From positions 29,297 through 93,296 of the forward strand of contig JBGTHM010000037.1 in the NCBI GenBank assembly GCA_041746255.1: DNA of 64,000 bases, in the 5' to 3' direction. Position 1 is the stretch's first letter; every line of letters begins with the position of its first letter. The translations under genes and the position numbers were made by a program. The DNA comes from Fibrobacteria bacterium (GTDB lineage: Bacteria; Fibrobacterota; Fibrobacteria; UBA11236). Below the pieces are notes generated by a model. The model made no database searches. It was not told the DNA's origin and was given only the letters and a program-made list of their open reading frames with translations. Shown here piece after piece: positions 19,671-31,484 of this stretch.

Positions 19671-22600
19671 ATGCCCCCGTATCCCCGCCGCGTCAGATTT
19701 TCCTTGTGGACCCTGGTGGCCGTGCTTACGGTTCCTCCCGTCTTCTCCGTGTATCAAGAGGGCCAGGAATATTTGACGATCCCGGAATCGGCGGAGCCGC
19801 TCAAAGGCCTGCTTCCCCAAAAAGGGGTGGAATCCACCGGGGGACAGGGTTATCTCAAGGTCAACAGTCAGCATTTGAAGCGGCGGCATAATATCAATTT
19901 CGATACCCGAGAAGTGGAAATTGTGACCTATTTCCAATTGCCCTCTACGGACCTGGATTCCACCGGAGGGGGAACCGAGTCCCAGGTTCTATGGCAGGCC
20001 TATTACGACGAACTCAACTCCTATTCGATGGATATGTACGATTTGGCGTTGCGACGGCAATGGTTGAATCAATTCATCGGACAACAGAACATCACCGACG
20101 GCACGCAGCTCGGGCTTTTCGACATCGTGTTGCCCGTGGCGGTTCCCGATTGGCTTCGGCGCGTGGGTGTGGACAAACCGAGGTTGCATATCAATGGTTC
20201 CTACAAATTGGTGGTGGCGGGAACCAGTCTATCCGGAAGCGGCTCCCCTACCGAAGACGGCTGGTTTCCGAATTTGCATATGGACCAGCAACCCGCCTTT
20301 TCCGTGAAAGGTTCGATAGGCCGTCTCATCAATATCGAAATCAACAGCGAAGACGGCTTCGGATCCAATCTCAAGGAGCAGCTTAAGATCACCTATAAAG
20401 GCGAAGGCGACGAGCTGGAAGACGATATCATCCAGGAAATCGAAGCCGGACATACTTCTTTGTCGCTAACCGGCACCGATCTTACCGGCTATACCGAAAC
20501 CCACAAGGGTATGTTCGGACTCAAGATGCGCATGCGTTTCGGAGGGCTGGATGTGACGACGCTCGCAGCCCAGGAAAGCGGCTCGCATGAGCGTCAGAAG
20601 CTGGGCGGCGGAAGCGAGGCCCGCGAATTCCAGATTGAAGAAAAGAACATGTCTTTGCATAAGCATTTTTTCATGCTGCTTTCCGACCGCGAGGCGTACC
20701 GGACGGGGGGAGGAACCGAAGCCTACCGTCGCGAGGGGCGCCAGAGAAACCCGGTGGAAGTGTATCAATTGCTGGAGCCGACCCAGGAAATCACTTTCAC
20801 CGATAGTTCCGTGGCTTATGTTCTGGGCCCGGACGGGGAAAAGCTGAATAACTTCGCGCCGATTCCCGGACGTTGGAAACAGGTTCCCACCGGCGATTTT
20901 TATTACGACGAGCCTCTGCGTATGCTTACCGTGAACGCCGGCCATCGCAACGCTTCGCTGGCCGTCCGCTTCAAAGACGATCCCTTGCCTTCGAATGCCG
21001 GCTTACAACGAAAAGAACTCATCCTTATCCACTCCCGCAGCCCGGGCCACCAGCAATTCCTGGATACGCTGATGTGGCGCGGGGTCTACAATGTGGGCAA
21101 GGTGAACAGCGACGAACGCAATAATTTCAGAGTGCAGGTCAAAGACAACGAAGGCCGCGAAAGATTGCCGGGCGATAGCATTTCCTATGCGCGCCGGTTG
21201 GGGTTGGAGCAGCGCGAGCGGCCCGGGGTACTCGATTACGATAATCGCGAGATTTTCAATTTCGACCAAGGGTATATGGTATTGCCTTGCCTGAGTTCCG
21301 GCCTTGCCGGCCAAAACGGGGATAGGGAAAATTGCCTAACCCCCATGCGGCGCATCAGCCTGGTTGAAGACAAGAACTCGCCCGACATTTACAATACCTC
21401 GCCGGATGAATTGCACTCCCTTAATTCCACTCGTCAATTCACGGTTTTCGGTCGCCAACGCCAATCGACTTTCAATGTGCGCGAAAGCTCGCATGCGGTG
21501 AGCGGCTCGCAATGCATCGATATTCAGCCGGGTACCGAAAAGCTGGTGCTGAACGGCTCCACGGTTTTGGATAAAGACAGGGATTATGAAGTCTTGTACG
21601 AAACCGGGCAAATCACCCTGACTTCGTTGCGCGCGCGCGATCCCTCGGCGGATATCGAGATCAGTTATGAATGCACACCCCTGTTTCAAATCCAAGACAA
21701 AATCCTTTTGGGTACGCGCCTGGAATACAAGCTCGACCGCATTTCCGATGAAAGCATGCTCGGCGCCACCCTCCTATATAAAAGCCAGACCACCTCTGAG
21801 GAACGCCCCGATTTGGGCCGCGAGCCTTTCAACCAAGTGCTTTGGGGTCTTAACGCCCGATTGACCGGCAATCCCCGTTGGATGACGGATATCGCCAATT
21901 TGTTTCCTTTCGTGCAGACCGAAGCGCCTTCCAGAGCGAATTTCGAATTCGAATTGGCGCAAACCCGCTACAATGCCAATACCAAGGGCGAGGCTTATAT
22001 CGATGATTTCGAGAACAGCCAGAGTACCATTTCCATGCCCATGCATATCAACAGCTGGTTCAAGGCTTCTCCGCCCGGAAATGTTCCGGAAGACGAATTC
22101 ATCTTCGACGAAAACTTCGATTATAAGCATAAAGGCGAGTTCATCTGGCACTCCAACCTTCGCGAGCAATACTCCCGCATTTATGGCAATACCGGTAACA
22201 GCCTCACCAACAGCCGCGAACTCAATTTGCTTATGTTCATTTTCCGTCCCAACGACAATCTGGTAGGCAATTCATGGGGCGGAGTGATGCGGGCCATGAG
22301 TCCCGGGCTCACCAACCAATCGCGTCGGCGTACGCTCGAGGTGGTGGTGCAAGGGCGAGAAGGCAATCTCTATGTGGACATGGGCGAGATTTCCGAGGAT
22401 GTGGGCATTGCCGGTTTCGAACCCAACCGCAGCCTCGACTCCGAAGTACCGCCGGGCGAATATATCAACAAGCGTGATGCCGGCCTGGACAATCGAACCA
22501 AGGATGATGGGGAGATGGGACAGCGCTGGGAGTGTAAGCCCTCCTGCTTTTCCATCCTCGTTGATTCGACCAACGCCGATCCCGCCGGCGACAATTACGA

Positions 22601-25600
22601 CGAAGACCAGCGGGAAAAAGGTATCACCCACCCCAACGCCAGCATCAACGGCACCGAGCTCAATAACCAGGGGGCGGGCGGCTATCAATATGATACCGAA
22701 GATTTGGATCGCTCCGGCACACTGGATCTCACCAACCGCTATTTGCGCTACGAAATCCCCTTGGACAGCGCCTGCACGCGCCAGTTCCATTGCGAAATCT
22801 TGCAAAGGGGTTGGCGTAAATACCAGATTCCGATTTACGACGCCGGTACAATCATCGACAACAACAACTCCGCGACCACCCGCGAAATCCTATCCAATGT
22901 CAAGATGATGCGCCTGTGGATGGGAAAATTGCCCTCACGGGTTTCCCAAACGGAGCTCCGACTGGCACGCGTCAACATCGTGGGCCATACCTGGGAGGAA
23001 GGTGACCGAAACCGGGATTTCGAAATCCCGGGGGGCCTGTTCGCTTCCGGTAATTTGCAGGGCAATCCCATCGAACTTCCTCCGGTGGTGTCGGACAGCA
23101 ACCGGCTCCAAATCGAAGTGGTCAACACGCAGGAAGACAGCCGCTACGTCCCGCCTCCCAGTTGGAAGAAGGAGCGGGATACCCGCACCGACGAGCCTTT
23201 GCCGAATCGCGCCCTGGTGCTCAAATACGAAAACCTGCATCCAGGCGAAATCGTTCACGCCACGCGCATTCTCGGAAGCGACCCCAAAGACTTGACCCGC
23301 TACAGCCGCATTTTGATGGCCATCCATCCTGATTCCATCACCGCGCTGAATCGGAGCGATCCCAGTTCGGGCAACCCCGCATACCGGCAACACAAGGTGG
23401 CCGTGGCTTTGCAATTGGGTAAGGACCTGGGCAACCGGGAATCGCGCGATTATTACGAAATACGCGTCAATCTGGATACCACCGTAACGCCCGGTCTCAC
23501 CCATAGGGATCTTTGGGATCGCAACTCCTTCAATGTCCAATTGCAGGATTTGACCGGCCTCAAAACCGATCCGCGCTACTTGGAATTCCGCGGACGCAAG
23601 GTGAGTCGCAATATCCATCATCAAGGCAGGGGAGACAGTTCCGTCGTGCTGTCGGTGGTTGGGGATCCGTCTTTGTCCCGTATCGATTGGATGCGGTTGG
23701 TTCTCTACGTGGACTCGGTGGGAGTCGTGCCTTTGCAGACGGGCCAAATCTGGATCAACGATTTGCGCCTGGAAGGGCTGGATAACTCGCTGGGAACAGC
23801 GGTACGAACCCAGCTTCAGCTTGAGTTCGGTGATTTCATCAATATATCCGGCAATATGAAATACCAGGACGGGGGCTTCACGTCCATGAGCCAGACTAGG
23901 GCCACTCCCGCCAATTCCATGTCCAGCGCCGATTACAACACTAATTTTTCACTTTTCGCGAATAAATTTTTCCCGGATGAATGGGGGCTCAGCCTACCCC
24001 TCTCTGCCATTTTCCAGGGAAGGGTGGATAGGCCTTTCACCAAGCCCTCCTCTGATCTGGGTCTTACGGGAACGGGTTTTATGAGCATCGTGGACGATAT
24101 TCTTGACGGGAGCCTGCGTCCCGATGAGACCGACCCCGAAAGCAGGCTTTCGCGATATTATCAATCCACCAATTTTCAGGAGCGCTATACGGCCAGCTAC
24201 AAAAAGGAGAGACGATCGGATAATTTCCTGGTGCAAACCTTTTTCGAGCGTCCGGAAATCGTGTACAGCTTTGCGGGAACCGAACGGGAAACCTTCTTCG
24301 ATGCCAGCGATAGCCGAAATTATAAGACTCGGTTGACTTATAACCTGTCACCGTATAGCAATGAAAGCCTGCATCCCTTCAAATTCTCCGAGGGTTGGAA
24401 GTTTACCCCCGGCTTCGTGAAGAATTTCACCATCACTCCCTTGCCGGAAAAACTCAATCTCACCGTAGGCGACTTGTCTTATGTACGCACGCATGATTTA
24501 TTCAAGCCGATAGACGACTTGGATAACCCCGTCAACAATACCAATTACAACATCGAACTGACCCACGGCCTCGACTTGGAATGGCGACCTCTGACCTTTA
24601 TGAATTTCGGCTACCGTCTTTCGGTGAACCGGGATTTTGATAGGGATTACCAATGCTTCGACGACAGTTTCTTCAACTTCGAGCAGGAGCAAAGCGGCGA
24701 TGCCTGTCAGGCAGGAGTTTTCGCCTACAAATACCTTTTCGGCTGGGACGAAGATATCGTCGATCTCGGAAATGGGGAAAGCGGGCGGCGCTTGGGCAAT
24801 CGGTATTTCATTCTCGACCGGGAACGCAACCGGAACCAGAGCTTCCATCTCGATATGAACAGTTATACCATCCCCTGGTTCACCCCGCGGGCCGGGTTTA
24901 CTTCGGGTTATCGCCACACTTTCGCAGAAGCGAACCGCAGCTTGGTGGACAATTCCGTTACGGAACCCGAGCGCTTCGAGGCCAATTCCGACCATGAGGT
25001 GAAATTATCGGGAAGCTTCAGCCTGCCGGGATTGCTGGGGTCGCTCAAGGATAAAATGCCCGTCCTGGAAGGGGCGCGTAAGAAAATGGACGACTGGCGG
25101 CTACGTAACATCGACGTGAATTACACCGTTTCAAATCGCTATAACGGCGAGAAGTTCACTTATCAATTCCTCGACGAGAAGGATCTTTCGCCCTGGGACC
25201 TCTATCAATACCAATTAGGGTGGCTTTACAATTTCGGGAATTTGGCCACGATTTTCAATGGGGAGCCCCAGCCGAAATCCTTCGGCTATCAAATGCAGCC
25301 GGCGGATACCAATTTCCAGGATGATTTCAATCATCGGGTGGAGAGGAGTATTGATATCGGGTCAGGCTTCACACTTCCGATCATCGACCTTAGCCTTTCG
25401 GGGAATTCCCGGTGGTGAAGAAGTTATACCCTCTATCGGGGCGCCATTCAGCCCAGCGACACGTCCCAAGTCTTTCCCGACTATACGGTAATGGCCACCT
25501 TGAACGATTTTGCGTCCAAAATCCCGATTTTGCGCCGGCAATTCCGGTCTATGACCGCAACCAGTAATTTCAACTATTTAAAAGAGGATAGGTGGGCGCC

Positions 25601-26177
25601 ATTCAGCAGCAGCGCGGACATCAACAAAAAATCCTATAAATTGAACCCACTTCTCAGAGTTGCGGCCACCTCCAATTCGAATTTGCGTCATGAACTCACT
25701 TTCAATTACACTTGGGACGAGAGCCTCCATTTCCAAAAAATCCAGGATTCCAACCTGTCATTTCCCATATACGGGGACCAATCCGTTTTAATTCCCCACT
25801 ACGTCCGGGATGAGGGCAATAGAACCAAGGAAAATAACGTTTCCATGGGGGCCGACTATTCCCTGGCCTTCGATGTGGAGACCCAAAAGGGGATTCAATT
25901 CTGGCGTTATTATGTAAAACTCAAAAACAATCTGGATTTCCGCACTACTTGTGGCGTCAATTTCACCTATTTGGAAATCCAAACCCGCGATGAAGAGGCC
26001 CGCCGCGATCGCGAAATCTTCTCCTGGCATGTCAAACCCCAGGTCACCTATAGCTTTTCCCACAATATCGATGCCCTCTTTTATTATCAATACCGTTTCG
26101 AAAAGCTGTTTCACACGGCCCGAAACGAGGCTACCCACCACAATGAACTCCATTCCGAATTCACCATGCGGTTTTAG
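19671..26177 (+). CDS. sprA: SprA/Sov-like T9SS outer-membrane translocon, interrupted by one in-frame TGA at 25416-25418
   Basis: YKGEGDELEDDIIQEIEAG, GMFGLK, DYEVLYETG, AYIDDFE, WGGVMR, DTEDLD, INDLRL; ORFs 19650-25418 and 25491-26177 are in the same frame with no other stop between them; ends in the beta-signal-like EFTMRF. Confidence 0.85.
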
Positions 26178-26533
26178 GCGAAAAAGCCGGGTTTTTGAAG
26201 TCGAGATGGGGAATTGCCGGAAATGGGTAGTATATTTACCAAGGTTATCGTTTTTGTGTTTTGTCCCCACCCCCGGTGGGTCCTTTTGGGGCCCGGTATT
26301 GCCTACGGTGGAGTGGGGAGTGGAGTAAGGCCGGAATCGGCGAGTGCCGTACCGGTCGCAGGGCTTCTGCCAATTTATTTCAGGACTGTTTATGGGGCCG
26401 CGATTTCGCGGCGAAAATCGTTTGAGAGGAACCCGGCTCCCAAAAACAGTCCACAAGCCCTCGACTTCGCCCACCGGTCTCCCTGGATCCGGTCGGGTTT
26501 TTCAATGAATGGCAATGAGATCAGAATGAGAAA

Positions 26534-28126
26534 ATGGAAAAAGTCCTAAGAAAAAACCCCAAGGTATCTCAGAGTCCCGCTCCCAAGCAGGGCCAACCCA
26601 AACGCGAAATCCTCATCAATGTGCGCCCCTTCGAAAAGCGTATCGCCATCCTCGAAGACGGCCGCCTTTTCGAAATCATCTATGAACGGCCCGAAAACGC
26701 GCGTCTGCTCGGCAATATCTATAAAGGCGTGGTCAACGCCGTGCTGCCGGGCCTACAGGCGGCCTTCGTGGATATCGGCCTGGAGAAAGCCGGATTCCTG
26801 CATGTCGAAGACGTAGTGGGACGCGATCAATTATTCTCCGAATACGACGACGACGATGCGAAGCCTTCCGCCGCGAGTAATGAGCCGGCGCAAACCATCG
26901 ATCAACTGCTCAAGGTAGGGCAGGAAGTGTTGGTTCAGGTGACCAAGGAGCCCATCAGCACCAAGGGACCGCGCCTGACCACCCATCTTTCTTTGGCGGG
27001 CCGCTTTCTGGTTTGCATGCCGGGAATCGATTTTATCGGCGTCAGCAAAAAGAGCCGCGATCCCCAGCATCGACGGCAGCTCAAGAAGATGATCCGCGAG
27101 CTGAAATCCCCCGAATGCGGTTATATCGTCCGTACCATCGGTTTGAACGAAAGTGAGAGCGAATTCGCCAAGCAGATGAAGCTGCTCGAAGCCAAATGGG
27201 AACTTACCAAGGAGCAAGCCAAAAGAGTGGCCGCCCCGGGTCTGGTCCATCAGGAAAGCGACTCCAGCGAAATCACCATGCGGGACTATTTCTCCGAAGA
27301 CGTTGACGCGGTTTATATCGACGATAAGGACGAATATAAGACCGTGGTAACCTACCTCAAGGTGCTTTCCCCCGATCTCGTGGATCGAGTCAAGCCCTAT
27401 AACGGTGAAGCCTCGTTATTTGATTATTTCGGCATTGAAGAGGAATTGGAAAAGACCTTCGCCCGCAAAGTGCCCCTCAAGCGGGGCGGGTACCTCATCA
27501 TCGACCAGGCCGAGGCGCTGGTGGCGGTGGATGTCAATACCGGCGGCAAGGTTCGCGGTACCAACCAAGCCAAGAATATCATCGAGACCAATATCGATTC
27601 GGCCTGGGAACTTGCCAAACAGATGCGCCTCCGCGATTTGGGAGGCCTAATTGTCGTGGACTTCATCGACATGGAGTCTCAAGAGGATCAAGACACGGTG
27701 GTGCGCGAGTTCAAAAAGGCGATTCGCATCGACAAAGCGCCCATCAGCTTCTCCACGCTTTCGCAATTCGGGTTGATGGAAATGACGCGCAAGCGCGTAC
27801 GGCCCAATGCGGTCAAGGAACAATCGCTCGAATGCCCCACCTGCAAAGGTGCAGGGTATATTCCCTCTCGCGAATCCGTGGTTTCGGGCATTGACCGTTG
27901 GCTTACCCGCTTCCATTCGAAAAAAGGCGAAAGCCGCGTAACCTTGGCTCTGCACCCCGACATGATAGCCCATGTGCTCGAAAACCGGGCAGGTATTTTC
28001 AAGTACTGGGAAAGAGTGCACAAAGTGAAAATCCAGTTGGTGGAGGACGACAATTCGAATTTTTCCGAATTCCGGTTTTTCTCAGGGTCTTCCGGTGACG
28101 AGATTACCCATATCCATGCCGTGTGA
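26534..28126 (+). CDS. rng: Rne/Rng family ribonuclease
   Basis: GNIYKG, LPGLQAAFVDIG, QVTKEPISTKGPRLT, VDVNTG, LRDLGGLIVVDFIDM, CPTCKG. Confidence 0.95.
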   Translation: MEKVLRKNPKVSQSPAPKQGQPKREILINVRPFEKRIAILEDGRLFEIIYERPENARLLGNIYKGVVNAVLPGLQAAFVDIGLEKAGFLHVEDVVGRDQLFSEYDDDDAKPSAASNEPAQTIDQLLKVGQEVLVQVTKEPISTKGPRLTTHLSLAGRFLVCMPGIDFIGVSKKSRDPQHRRQLKKMIRELKSPECGYIVRTIGLNESESEFAKQMKLLEAKWELTKEQAKRVAAPGLVHQESDSSEITMRDYFSEDVDAVYIDDKDEYKTVVTYLKVLSPDLVDRVKPYNGEASLFDYFGIEEELEKTFARKVPLKRGGYLIIDQAEALVAVDVNTGGKVRGTNQAKNIIETNIDSAWELAKQMRLRDLGGLIVVDFIDMESQEDQDTVVREFKKAIRIDKAPISFSTLSQFGLMEMTRKRVRPNAVKEQSLECPTCKGAGYIPSRESVVSGIDRWLTRFHSKKGESRVTLALHPDMIAHVLENRAGIFKYWERVHKVKIQLVEDDNSNFSEFRFFSGSSGDEITHIHAV

Positions 28127-28190
28127 GCCCTGTGGGGCTTGGGCAATGGGCCTTGCGCCCGCTTCCGCCCGGTAATATATTTTTGGCTTT

Positions 28191-28265
28191 GCGAAAGTGG
28201 CGGAATTGGTAGACGCGCTAGATTTAGGATCTAGTTTTTTGGGGGTTCAACTCCCCCCTTTCGCA
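28191..28265 (+). tRNA. tRNA-Leu(TAG) with a short (6 nt) variable region
   Basis: GCGAAAG/CTTTCGC acceptor stem, GGAATTGGTAGAC D-arm, CTAGA-TTTAGGA-TCTAG anticodon arm, GGGGG-TTCAACT-CCCCC T-arm, A73, no encoded CCA. Confidence 0.9.
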
Positions 28266-28318
28266 CATTGAGTTCCTACGGTCGAAGCGACGAAAAGGAA
28301 GATACAGAAAGGACATTG

Positions 28319-29572
28319 GTGAAAACGACTTTAAACGAACCCAGCAGCACGGAAAGGGTTCTGGAAATTGAAATTCCGCGCGAACGCTATGACCGGATCT
28401 TCAATGAGAAGGTCAAAAAATACGGCAAGGAACTGAAGCTGAACGGCTTCCGGGCGGGAAACATACCCAAACAAGTGGTGGTCAGCCGCTTCGGCCAGCC
28501 CATCGCTTCCGAATCGCTGGAGGCTCTGGTCGAAGAAGTCCTGCGTGAAGCCTGCAAAGAGCATAACATCGAACCCGTGGCTCCCGGGAAAATTGAAAAA
28601 TTGGAGAACGAACCCGATAAGCCTATTTTCGTCAAGGCCGTGCTCGAGGTCGATCCCCAAGTGGATATTCAGGGATACCCGATTGAGATTTCCCTTCCGG
28701 AAACCGAAGTGCCCGACGAGGTGGTCGAAGATCAGGTTAAACGCCTGCAAAAACGTCTTTCCGAGGAGAGCCGGGTGGAGCGCGCGGCTGTACCGGGCGA
28801 CGTAGTGGTGGCGGAATATCTGACCGTGATCATCGATGGTGAAATCCAGCCGCTTCCGCAAAATAAGGAATTCCGGGCCGAATTGGGTGGGGGGAGCCTT
28901 CCCGAGTTGGATCGCCAATTAGAAGGCGTCACGGCTGGGGAGGAGCGGGATGTCCGACTGGATTTTCCGGAAGATTATCCGCAGGCCAATATGGCGGGAA
29001 AATCCACTCAATATCGGCTGTTGATTAAGGAAGTCAATGAGCAGAAGCTACCCGAATTGAATGACGCCTTCGCCGATAAACTGGGATTCACCGATTTGGA
29101 AGGCTTACGCGCGAAAATCCGGGCCGACCTCAAAGCCCAGGCCTTGGATCAGGCCAAGGAAGGCGCCTATGAGCAGGCTATACAAAAGCTCATCGCGGCA
29201 AATCCCTTCGACGTGCCCAAGGCGCGCCTAAACAATTACGTGCATTACCGCATGGAGCAAATGGGTCAGCAGCATGCGCATGATCACGACGAGCATGGAG
29301 GTCATGTGCATCCTCCGGAGCTCGATAAGGAAGCGGAATATACCCTTAAGCGTTACCGTATCCTGGACGAAATCGCCCGTAAGGAAAAAATCAAAGCCTT
29401 GCCCGAAGAGGTGGACGAAAGGGTGCATGAATTGGCGGCCCAATATGGCACCGATTTCGAAACCTTGAAGGCCGCCTTGCGCAAAAACGGAAAGATCAAT
29501 GATTTGCGCCACGACATCAAGACGCGCAAGACGCTCGACTTCGTGATAGGCATGCAGCCGGTCACCGCATAA
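28319..29572 (+). CDS. tig: Trigger factor
   Basis: GFRAGNIP ribosome-binding motif, FKBP-like domain (FPEDY...AGK); position before clpP. Confidence 0.95.
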   Translation: MKTTLNEPSSTERVLEIEIPRERYDRIFNEKVKKYGKELKLNGFRAGNIPKQVVVSRFGQPIASESLEALVEEVLREACKEHNIEPVAPGKIEKLENEPDKPIFVKAVLEVDPQVDIQGYPIEISLPETEVPDEVVEDQVKRLQKRLSEESRVERAAVPGDVVVAEYLTVIIDGEIQPLPQNKEFRAELGGGSLPELDRQLEGVTAGEERDVRLDFPEDYPQANMAGKSTQYRLLIKEVNEQKLPELNDAFADKLGFTDLEGLRAKIRADLKAQALDQAKEGAYEQAIQKLIAANPFDVPKARLNNYVHYRMEQMGQQHAHDHDEHGGHVHPPELDKEAEYTLKRYRILDEIARKEKIKALPEEVDERVHELAAQYGTDFETLKAALRKNGKINDLRHDIKTRKTLDFVIGMQPVTA

Positions 29573-29628
29573 GGGCGCAAAATGTATATTAAATCGAATT
29601 CCAACCTTTAACCTGGGTTCCGTCGCAT

Positions 29629-30225
29629 ATGCTGATACCAACCGTTATCGAAACCACAGGACGCTCCGAGCGCGTCTATGACATCTATTCGAGACTCCTG
29701 CGCGAGCGCATCGTTTTTCTGGGTTCGGAAATCAACGATGCCGTGGCCAACACTGTCGTGGCCCAGATGTTGTTTCTCGAGTACGAAGATCCCGATAAAG
29801 ATATCCTGATATACATCAACAGTCCGGGCGGCGTGGTGACATCGGGTCTGGCGATTTTCGACGTCATCAAATACGTGAAGCCCGACGTGCAAACCATTTG
29901 CGTGGGATCCGCCTTCAGCATGGGGGCCCTGCTCCTGGCCGCCGGAACCAAGGGCAAACGCTTCATCTTGCCCCACGGCAAGGTGATGTTGCATCAGCCC
30001 AGCGGCGGCGCCACCGGGCAATCCAGCGACATCCAGATCCATGCCAAAGAAATCATCAAAACCAAGCATGAGCTGAATCTGATCCTCTCGGAAGCGACCG
30101 GTAAGGACATCGATGTCATCGCCAAAGATACCGATCGCGACCTGTATATGACTGCCTCGGAAGCCGTGGCCTATGGGATGGTCGACGAGATTTTCAGTTC
30201 CTCCGCGAGGAAGAAGAAAGAATAG
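29629..30225 (+). CDS. clpP: Clp protease proteolytic subunit
   Basis: [32 protein letters not shown]. Confidence 0.97.
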   Translation: MLIPTVIETTGRSERVYDIYSRLLRERIVFLGSEINDAVANTVVAQMLFLEYEDPDKDILIYINSPGGVVTSGLAIFDVIKYVKPDVQTICVGSAFSMGALLLAAGTKGKRFILPHGKVMLHQPSGGATGQSSDIQIHAKEIIKTKHELNLILSEATGKDIDVIAKDTDRDLYMTASEAVAYGMVDEIFSSSARKKKE

Positions 30226-30227
30226 GC

Positions 30228-31484
30228 ATGGCCCGCTCCGGCACCGGTTATAGCCTCATCCGCTGCTCCTTTTGCGGTAAAAACGCGGAGCAGGTGGAAA
30301 AAATCATCACCGGCCCCTCGGTGCATATTTGCAACGAATGCGTTGCCATGTGCAACGACATACTCACCGAGGAGAATCAGAAAGACAGCCCATCGGCCCA
30401 TGCGCCCGCGCAGGTGGTGAGTCCGGTGGATATCAAGCGCCATCTCGATGAATACATCATTGGGCAGGACGACGCGAAAATCGCCCTGAGCGTCGCGGTA
30501 TACAACCATTACAAGCGCATCAATTCCAAACCCGGATCCGACGGCGTGGAAATCGAGAAATCGAATATTCTCTTCCTGGGCCCCACGGGTTCCGGAAAAA
30601 CCCTGTTGGCCCAGAGCATCGCCAAATTTCTGAAAGTTCCTTTCACCATCGTCGATGCGACCATCCTTACCGAAGCGGGTTATGTCGGCGAAGACGTGGA
30701 AAACATCATGGTCAGGCTTTTACAAGCAGCTGATTACGACGTGGAAACCGCCGAGAGGGGAATTGTCTATATCGACGAAATCGATAAAATTTCCCGCAAG
30801 AGCGCCAACCCTTCCATCACCCGCGACGTATCGGGCGAAGGCGTGCAGCAGGGGCTGCTGAAGCTGCTGGAAGGCACGGTGGCCTCCGTTCCCCCTAAAG
30901 GAGGACGCAAGCATCCGGAACAAAATCTGATACAAGTCCGCACCAAGAACGTCCTTTTCATTTGCGGCGGGGCTTTCGAGTCACTCGAAAAAATCATCGA
31001 GAAACGGACGCGGGCCAGCGGTATGGGATTTGGCGCTAAACTGTCCTCGCGCGTCGAACGGAATGTAGGCGAAATGCTGGCCTTGGTGGAACCCGATGAT
31101 CTTATCCAGTTCGGACTTATTCCCGAATTGGTGGGCCGGCTTCCCGTCATCGCCACTTTGCGCGAACTGCCTCTGGAGGCCATGCTCGATATTCTCACCA
31201 AGCCGAAAAACGCGCTGGTCAAACAATACCTCAAGCTGTTTGAACTCGACGATGTCCGGCTCAAGTTTCAACCTGAGGCTCTGGAAGCCATCGTGCGAAA
31301 AGCCATGGAGCGTAAAACCGGCGCCCGTGGCTTGCGATCCGTGATGGAATCCGTCCTTATGCCCATTATGTTCGACGTGCCCTCCCGCACCGATATCGCC
31401 GAATGCGTCATCACGCGCGAAGTGGTGGAGCAGGGCAAGGAACCCATTCTCATCCTCAAGAAGAACAAGAAGAAGTTCGCCTGA
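30228..31484 (+). CDS. clpX: Clp protease ATPase ClpX
   Basis: CSFCGK...ICNEC zinc finger, [35 protein letters not shown]. Confidence 0.97.
   Translation: MARSGTGYSLIRCSFCGKNAEQVEKIITGPSVHICNECVAMCNDILTEENQKDSPSAHAPAQVVSPVDIKRHLDEYIIGQDDAKIALSVAVYNHYKRINSKPGSDGVEIEKSNILFLGPTGSGKTLLAQSIAKFLKVPFTIVDATILTEAGYVGEDVENIMVRLLQAADYDVETAERGIVYIDEIDKISRKSANPSITRDVSGEGVQQGLLKLLEGTVASVPPKGGRKHPEQNLIQVRTKNVLFICGGAFESLEKIIEKRTRASGMGFGAKLSSRVERNVGEMLALVEPDDLIQFGLIPELVGRLPVIATLRELPLEAMLDILTKPKNALVKQYLKLFELDDVRLKFQPEALEAIVRKAMERKTGARGLRSVMESVLMPIMFDVPSRTDIAECVITREVVEQGKEPILILKKNKKKFA

Noticed and set aside
25416..25470. Selenocysteine or genome-wide UGA recoding in sprA
   Set aside because: No redox motif, only a trivial hairpin downstream, and TGA terminates other genes in the window
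25439..25607. 14-bp direct repeat GGGCGCCATTCAGC in sprA
   Set aside because: Only two copies, in different frames within coding sequence; compatible with chance
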